Shown: positions 57,504 through 64,000 of the stretch, in pieces
How the letters are laid out: the number at the start of each line of letters is the position of its first letter
Numbering within the stretch: position 1 is the first letter of the stretch
Assembly: GCF_009914755.1 (NCBI RefSeq)
Contig: NC_060929.1
Reading direction: 5' to 3' (one strand)
Length of the DNA stretch: 64,000 nucleotides
DNA from: the human T2T-CHM13v2.0 reference genome, Homo sapiens
Program-made: the position numbers and the translations under genes
Notes under the pieces: generated by a model
Seen by the model: only the letters and a program-made list of their open reading frames with translations
What the model was told of the DNA's origin: nothing
The model's database searches: none

Positions 57504-60500
57504 TTATTCTATTGTTTGGAATAGTTTCAGGAGGAATGGTACCAGCTTCTCTTTGTAACTCTGGTAGAATTCGGCTGTGAATCTGTCTGGTCCTGGGCTT
57601 TTTTTTTTTGGTTGGTAAGCTATGAATTACTGCCCCTATTTCAGAACTTGTTATTGGTCTATTCAGGGGTTCGACTTCTTCCTGGTTTAGGCTTGGGAAG
57701 GTGTATGTGTCCAAGAATTTATCCATTTCTTCTATATTTTCTAGTTTATTTGTGTTGAAGTGTTTATAGTATTCTCTGATGGTAGTTTGTATTTTTGTGG
57801 GATTAGTTGTGATATCCCCTTTATAATCTTTTATTCTGTCTATGTCATTCTTCTCTCTTTTCTTCTTTATTAGTCTGGCTAGCGGTTTGTCTATTTTGTT
57901 CACCTTTTCACAAAACCAGATCCTGGATTCATTGATTTTTTTTGAAGGGTTTTTCGTGTCTTTATCTGTTTAGTTCTGCTCTGTTCTTAGTTATTTCTTG
58001 TGTTCTGCTAGCTTTTGAATGTGTTTGCTCTTGCTTCTCTAGTTCTTTTAATTGTGATGTTAAAATGTTGATTTTAGATATTTTCTGCTTTCTCCTGTGG
58101 GCATTTAGTGCTATACATTTCCCTCTAAACACTGCTTTAGTTGTGTTCCAGAGATTCTCGTACATTGTGTCTTTGTTCTCATTGGTTTCAAAGAACTTAT
58201 TTATTTCTGCCTTAATTTCGTTATTTACTCAGTAGTCATTCAGGAGCAGGTTGTTCAGTTTCCATGTGGTTGTGCAGTTTTGAGTGAGTTTCTTAATCCT
58301 GAGTTCTAATTTGATTGCACTGTGGTCTGAGAGATTGTTATGATTTCCATTCTTTTACATTTGCTGAGGAGTGTTTTACCTCCAATTATGTGGTCAGTTT
58401 TAGAAAAAGTGCAATATGGTGCTGAGACAAATGTATATTCTATTGATTTGGGGTGGAGAGTTCTGTAGATGTCTATTAGATCCGCTTGGCTCAGAGCTGA
58501 GTTCAAGTCCTGAATATCCTTATTAATTTTCTGTCTTGTTGATCTGTCGAATATGGACAGTGGGGTGTTAAAATCTCCCACTATTATTGTATGGAAGTCT
58601 AAATCTCTTTGTAGGTCTCTAAGAACTTGCTTTATGAATCTGGGTGCTCCTGTATTGGGTGCATATATATTTATGATAGTTAGCTCTTCCTGTTGCATTG
58701 ATCCTTTTACCATTATGTAATGCCCTTCTTTGTCTTTTTTAACCTTTGTTGGATTAATGTCTTTTATCAGAGACTAGTATTGCAACCCCTGTCATTCTTT
58801 GCTTTCCATTTGCTTGGTAAATATATCTCCATCCCTTTATTTTGAGCCTATGTGCACCTTTGCACATGAGATGGAGCTCCTGAATACAGCACACTGATGG
58901 GTTTTGACTCTATCCAGTTTGCCAGTCTGTGTCTTTTAACTGGGGCATTTAGCCTATTTATATTTAAGGTTAATATTGCTATGAGTGAATTTGATCCTGT
59001 CATTATGATGCTAGCTGTTTATTTTGCATGTTAGTTGATGCAGTTTCTTCATAATGTCGATGATCTTTACAATTTGGTATGTTTTTGCAGTGGCTGGTAT
59101 TGGTTTTTCCTTTCCATATTTAGTGCTTCCTTCAGGAGCCCTTGTAAGGCAGGACTAGTGGTGACAAAATCTCTCAGCATTTGCTTGTCTGTAAAGGATT
59201 TTATTTGTCTTTCACTTATGAAGCTTAGTTTGGCTGCATATGAAATTCTGGGTTGAAAATTCTTTCCTTTAAGAATGTTGAATATTGGCCCCCACTCTCT
59301 TCTGGCTTGTAGGGTTTCTGAAGAGAGATCCACTGTTAGTCTGGTGGTCTTCCCTTTGTGGGTAACTTGGCCTTTCTCTCTGGCTGCCCTTAACATTTTT
59401 TCCTTCATTTCAACCTTGGTGAATTTGATGATTATGTGTCTTGGGGTTGCTCTTCTTGAGGAGTATCTTTGCGGTGTTCTCTGTATTTCCTGAATTTGAA
59501 TGTTGACCTGTCTTGCTAGGTTGGGGAAGTTCTCCTGGATAATATCCTGAGGAGTGTTTTCCAGCTTGGTTCCATTCTCCCTGTCACTTTCAGGTACACA
59601 AATAAAATGTAGGTTTGATCTTTTCATACAGTTCGATATTCTTGGAGGATTTGTTTGTTCCTTTTCATTCTTTTTTCTCTAGTCTTGTCTTCACACTTTC
59701 CTTTATTAAGTTGATCTTCAATCTCTGGTATCCTTTCTTCCACTTGATATATTCAGCTACTGATACTTGTGTATCCTTTATGAAGTTCTCGTGAATTAGA
59801 AAAAACTACTTTAAATTTAATATGAAACCAAAAAGAGCTTGTATAGCCAAGACAATCCTAAGCAAAAAGAACAAAGCTGAAGGCATCATGCTACCTGACT
59901 TCAAATTCTACTACAAGGCTACAGTAACCAAAACAGCATGGTACTGGTACCAAAACATATGTATATATAGACCAATGGAAGAGAACAGAGGCCTCAGCAA
60001 TAATGCCACACATCTAAACCATCTGATCTTTGTCAAATTTGACAAAAACCAGCAATGGGGAAAGGATTTCCTATTTAATAAATGGTGTTAGGAAAACTAG
60101 CTAGCCATATGCAGAAAACTGAAACTGGACCCCTTCCTTATACCTTATACAAAAATTAACTCAAGATGGATTAAAGACTTAAATGTAAGACCTAAAACCA
60201 TAAAAACCCTAGAAGAAAACCTAGGCAATACCATTCAGGACATAGGCATGAGCAAAGACTTCATGACTAAAACACCAAAAGCAAGGTCAAGAAAAGCCAA
60301 AATTGACAAATGGGATCTAATTAAACTAAAGAGCTTCTGCACAGCAAAAGAAACTATTATCAGAGTGAACAGGCAACTACAGAAAAGGAGAAAATTTTTG
60401 CAATCTATCCATCTGACCAAGGGCTAATACCCAGAATCTACAAGGAACTTAAACAAATTTACAAGAAACAAACAACCCCATCAAAAAGTGGGCAAAGGAT

Positions 60501-62938
60501 ATGAACAGACACTTCTCAAAAGAAGACATTTATGTGGTCAACAAAGATGTGAAGAAACCTCATCATCACTGGTCATTAGAGAAATGCAAATCAAAACCAC
60601 AATGAGATACCATCTCACATCAGGATGGTGATCATTAAAATGTAAGGAAACAACAGATGCTAGAGAGGATGTGGAGAAATAGGAATGCTTTTACTCTGTT
60701 TGTGGGAGTGTAAGTTAGTTCAACCATTGTGGAAGACAGTGTGACAATTCCTCAAGGATCTAGAACTAGAAATACCATTTGACCCAGCAATCCCATTACT
60801 GGATATATACCCAAAGGATTATAAATCATGCTATTATAAAGACACCTGCACACCTATGTTTATTGCCGCTGTATTCACAATGGCAAAGACTTTGAACTAA
60901 CCCAAATTCCCATCAATGATAGACTGGATAAAGAAAATGTGGCACATATACACCATGGAACACTATGCAGCCATAAAAAAGCCATGTCCCTCTGCAGGGA
61001 CAGAGATGAAGGTGGAAAGCATCATTCTCAGCAGCAAACTTACGCAGGAACAGAAAACCAAACACTGCATGTTCCCACTTATAAATGGGAGTTGAACAAT
61101 AGGAACACATGGACACAGGGAGGGGAACATCATACACTGGGTCCTGTCTGGGGAGCAGGGTCATTGGGGAGGGATAGCATTAGGAGAAATACCTAATGTA
61201 GATGATGGGTTGATGGGTGCAGCAAACCACTTTGGCACATGTATACTTATGTTACAAACCTTCAGGTTTTGCACATGTATCACAGAACTTAAAGTATATT
61301 TAAAAATTAAATAAATAAAAAATATTTATATGGCATGCATATACAGATTTCTTACATGCATATATTTTGTAGTAGTGAAGTTTAGACTTTTAGTGTATTC
61401 ATTACCTGAATAGTGAACATTGTACCCAATAGGTAAATTTTTTACCCCTCACTCCTTTCCTATCTCCCACGTTTTGAAGTCTCCTATGTGTAGTATTCTA
61501 CTCTTTATGTTCATGTCTATCCATTGTTTAGCTCCCACTTATAAATGAGAATATTCTGTATTTGATTTTTCTGTTTCTGAGTTATTTCAGTTAAAATAAT
61601 AGCCTCCAGTTGCAAAATACATGACTTCATTGTTTTGGATATATATACGTACACATCATGGAATACTACTGTGGAATTTATGTGTGCATGTGTGTACTTT
61701 CATACCTAGATATAAATGTATACACAAACATACCCTGGAATATGTATGTATGTGTGTGTGTATTTGTGTGCCTCCAATGATGGACACTTAACATTTATTC
61801 CATATCTTTGCTATTGTAAATAGTGCTGCAATAAACATATGAGTGCAGATATGTTTTTGATACAGTGATTTCTTCGTTTTTGGGTAGATAACCAGTATTC
61901 AGGTTGTTAGATCAAATGGTAGTTCTATTTTTAATTCCTGGAGAAATCTCCATACTATTTTCCATAAAGGTTATACTAAGTGTATAAGCAGTCCCATCAA
62001 CATCTTTTTTTTTCTTTTTTTTCAACTTTTTAGTAGTAGCCATTCTGCCTGCTATAAAATCGTATCTCATTTTGGTTTTAATTTGATGATTAGTGATGCT
62101 GAGCACTTTTTCATGTTTGTTGGCCACTTGTGTGTCTTCTTTTGAAAAATGTCTGCTCATATCCTTTGTCCCCTTTTTTATTAGGGTTATTTGCTTTATC
62201 CTCATTATGCTGTTTGGGTTCCTTATAGATTCTAGATATTTGCCTTTTGTCAATGGCATAGTTTTCAAATATTGTTTCCCATTCTACATGTTGTCTGTTT
62301 ACTCTGTTGATTATTTCTTTTGCTGTGCAGAAGCTTTTTAGTTGAATTACATCCCATTTGTCTATTTTTGTTTTTGTTGCACTTGCTTTTGAGGACTTTG
62401 TCATAAATTATTTGCCTAAGCCAATGACCGGAAAAGTTTTTCTTAGATTTTCTTCTGGAATTTGTATAACTACAGGTCTTATATTTAGATCTTTAATCCA
62501 CATTCAGTTAATTTTTGTATATGTTAAGAGGTATGGTGCTAGTTTAATTCTTCTTCATAGGGCAGCCCAATTTGTCAAGCACTTTTTACTGAAATAGGTG
62601 TTTTTTCTCTAGTGTATATTTTTGTTGACTTTGTCAAAGATCCGATGGTTTTAGGTATGTGACTTTATTTCTCGGAACTCTATTCTGTTCCATTGATCTA
62701 TGTGTCTATTTTTATACGAGTACCATGCTTCTTTGGTTACTGTTTGTAGTCTAGTAGTATAAGTTGAAGTCAGGTAATGTGATGCCTCCAGCTTTGTTCC
62801 TTTTGCTTAGAATTGTTTTGGCTATACAGGCTCTTTTTTTATTCCATATGAATTTTAAGATGTTTTTATAATTCTCTAAAAAAATGACATCAGTAATTTC
62901 ATAGAGATTATGTTGAATCTATAGATTGCTTTGGGCAG

Positions 62939-63422
62939 TGTGATGGTTAATACTGAGTGTCAACTTGATTGGATTGAAGGTTACAAAGTATTGATCCTGG
63001 GTGTCCCTGTGAGGGTATTCCCAAAGAAGATTAACATCTGAGTTAGTGGGCTGGGAATGGCAGACCCACCCTTAATTTGCGTGGGCACAATCTAATCAGC
63101 AGCCAATACAGCTAGACTATAAGCAGGCAGAGAAATGTGAAAAGAGAGACTAGCCTAGCCTCCCAGCCTACATCTTTCTCCTGTGCTGGATGCTTCCTGA
63201 CTTTGAACATTGGACTCCAAGTTGTTCAGTTTTTGAACTAGGACTGGATCTCCTTGCTTCTCAGCCTGCAGATGGCATATTGTGGGACATTGTGATCATG
63301 TGAGTTAATACTTAATAATAATAACTCATGTGATTATAATTAATAACTTGTAATAATAATTAACTCGTGTGAGTTAATACTTAATAAACTCATATATATA
63401 TATATATATTTTATATATATAT

Positions 63423-63475
<53 letters not shown>

Positions 63476-63513
63476 CTTTAGTTCTGTCCCTCTAGAGAAT
63501 CTTGACTAATACA
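62939..63513 (+). mobile_element. MLT2A (HERV-L) solo LTR inserted in the L1PB
   Basis: tgtgatggttaatactgagtgtcaacttgattggattgaagg...ctagagaatcttgactaataca; TSD ggcag/ggtag. Confidence 0.92.
63392..63473. repeat. (TA)n microsatellite, about 80 nt
   Basis: Read directly; two small interruptions. Confidence 0.95.
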
Positions 63514-63548
63514 GGTAGTATTATCATTCTAATGATATTGATTCTTCC

Positions 63549-63599
63549 TTTTTTTTTTTTTTAAATGAGATGGAGTATCTCTCTTGCTCAGGCTGGAGT
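63549..63599 (-). mobile_element. Extremely 5'-truncated Alu (about 35 nt plus tail)
   Basis: Poly-T + gagatggagtatctctcttgctcaggctggagt; flanks tcttcct/tcgtcct within L1. Confidence 0.7.
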
Positions 63600-64000
63600 C
63601 GTCCTATCCATAAGCATAGGATGTTTTTCCATTTGTTTGTGTTATCTATGATTTCTGTAGTTCTCCTTATATAAATCTTTCACCTCACTGGTTAAATATG
63701 TTCCTAAACAGTTTTGTGGCTATTGTAAATTGAATTGCCTTGTTGATTTGATCCTCGGCTAGATCATTATTGGTCTATAGAAATGCTACTGATTTCTGTC
63801 TATTAATATTGTATCCTGAAACTTTGCTGAATTAATTTATCAGCTTTAAGAGTTTTTTGGTGGAGTCATTAGGGTTTTCTAAATATAAGATCATCTCATC
63901 AGTGAACAGTGATAATTTAACTTCCTTTTTCAATTTGGGTGACTTTTTTTCTATTTCTGATTGCTCTAGTGAGGACTTCTAGCACTATATTGAATAAGAG

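Larger units (their letters stand above)
61335..64000 (-). mobile_element. L1PB-like element, 3' part, continuing past the window
   Basis: PB-type 3'UTR (acattgtacccaataggtaa); ORF2 peptide [26 protein letters not shown]. Confidence 0.85.

Noticed and set aside
59067-59627. Longest ORF (186 aa) as a host gene
   Set aside because: It is an L1 ORF1p C-terminal fragment from an inverted, promoterless element.

Overview
AT-rich, repeat-dense primate (human-like) genomic DNA, either intronic or intergenic. I recognised no intact host protein-coding gene, RNA gene or CRISPR array; almost all listed ORFs come from repeats or are spurious. Contents are L1s (L1MA/MB/ME/PB/PA), about 13 Alu-family copies, Tigger1/MER2/MER47A DNA transposon fossils and MaLR/ERVL/ERVK LTRs. 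The main feature is a 4.3-kb minus-strand betaretrovirus-like provirus (HERV-K14I/HML-1 type, 52584-56891) with two LTRs, a Lys PBS, a PPT and a TTTTCT TSD. Its protease/RT region is replaced by a transduced, intron-less fragment of the host ion-channel gene TRPC6 (S5-pore-S6-TRP box, plus a short S2 piece), flanked by two unassigned segments and a minisatellite. The provirus sits inside a long, twin-primed (5'-inverted) L1PA7-like element. From memory, TRPC6 capture by HERV-K14I has been published, so the class of event is probably not new, but the junction architecture deserves a closer look. Subfamily names are from recalled consensus sequences and need RepeatMasker/Dfam confirmation.
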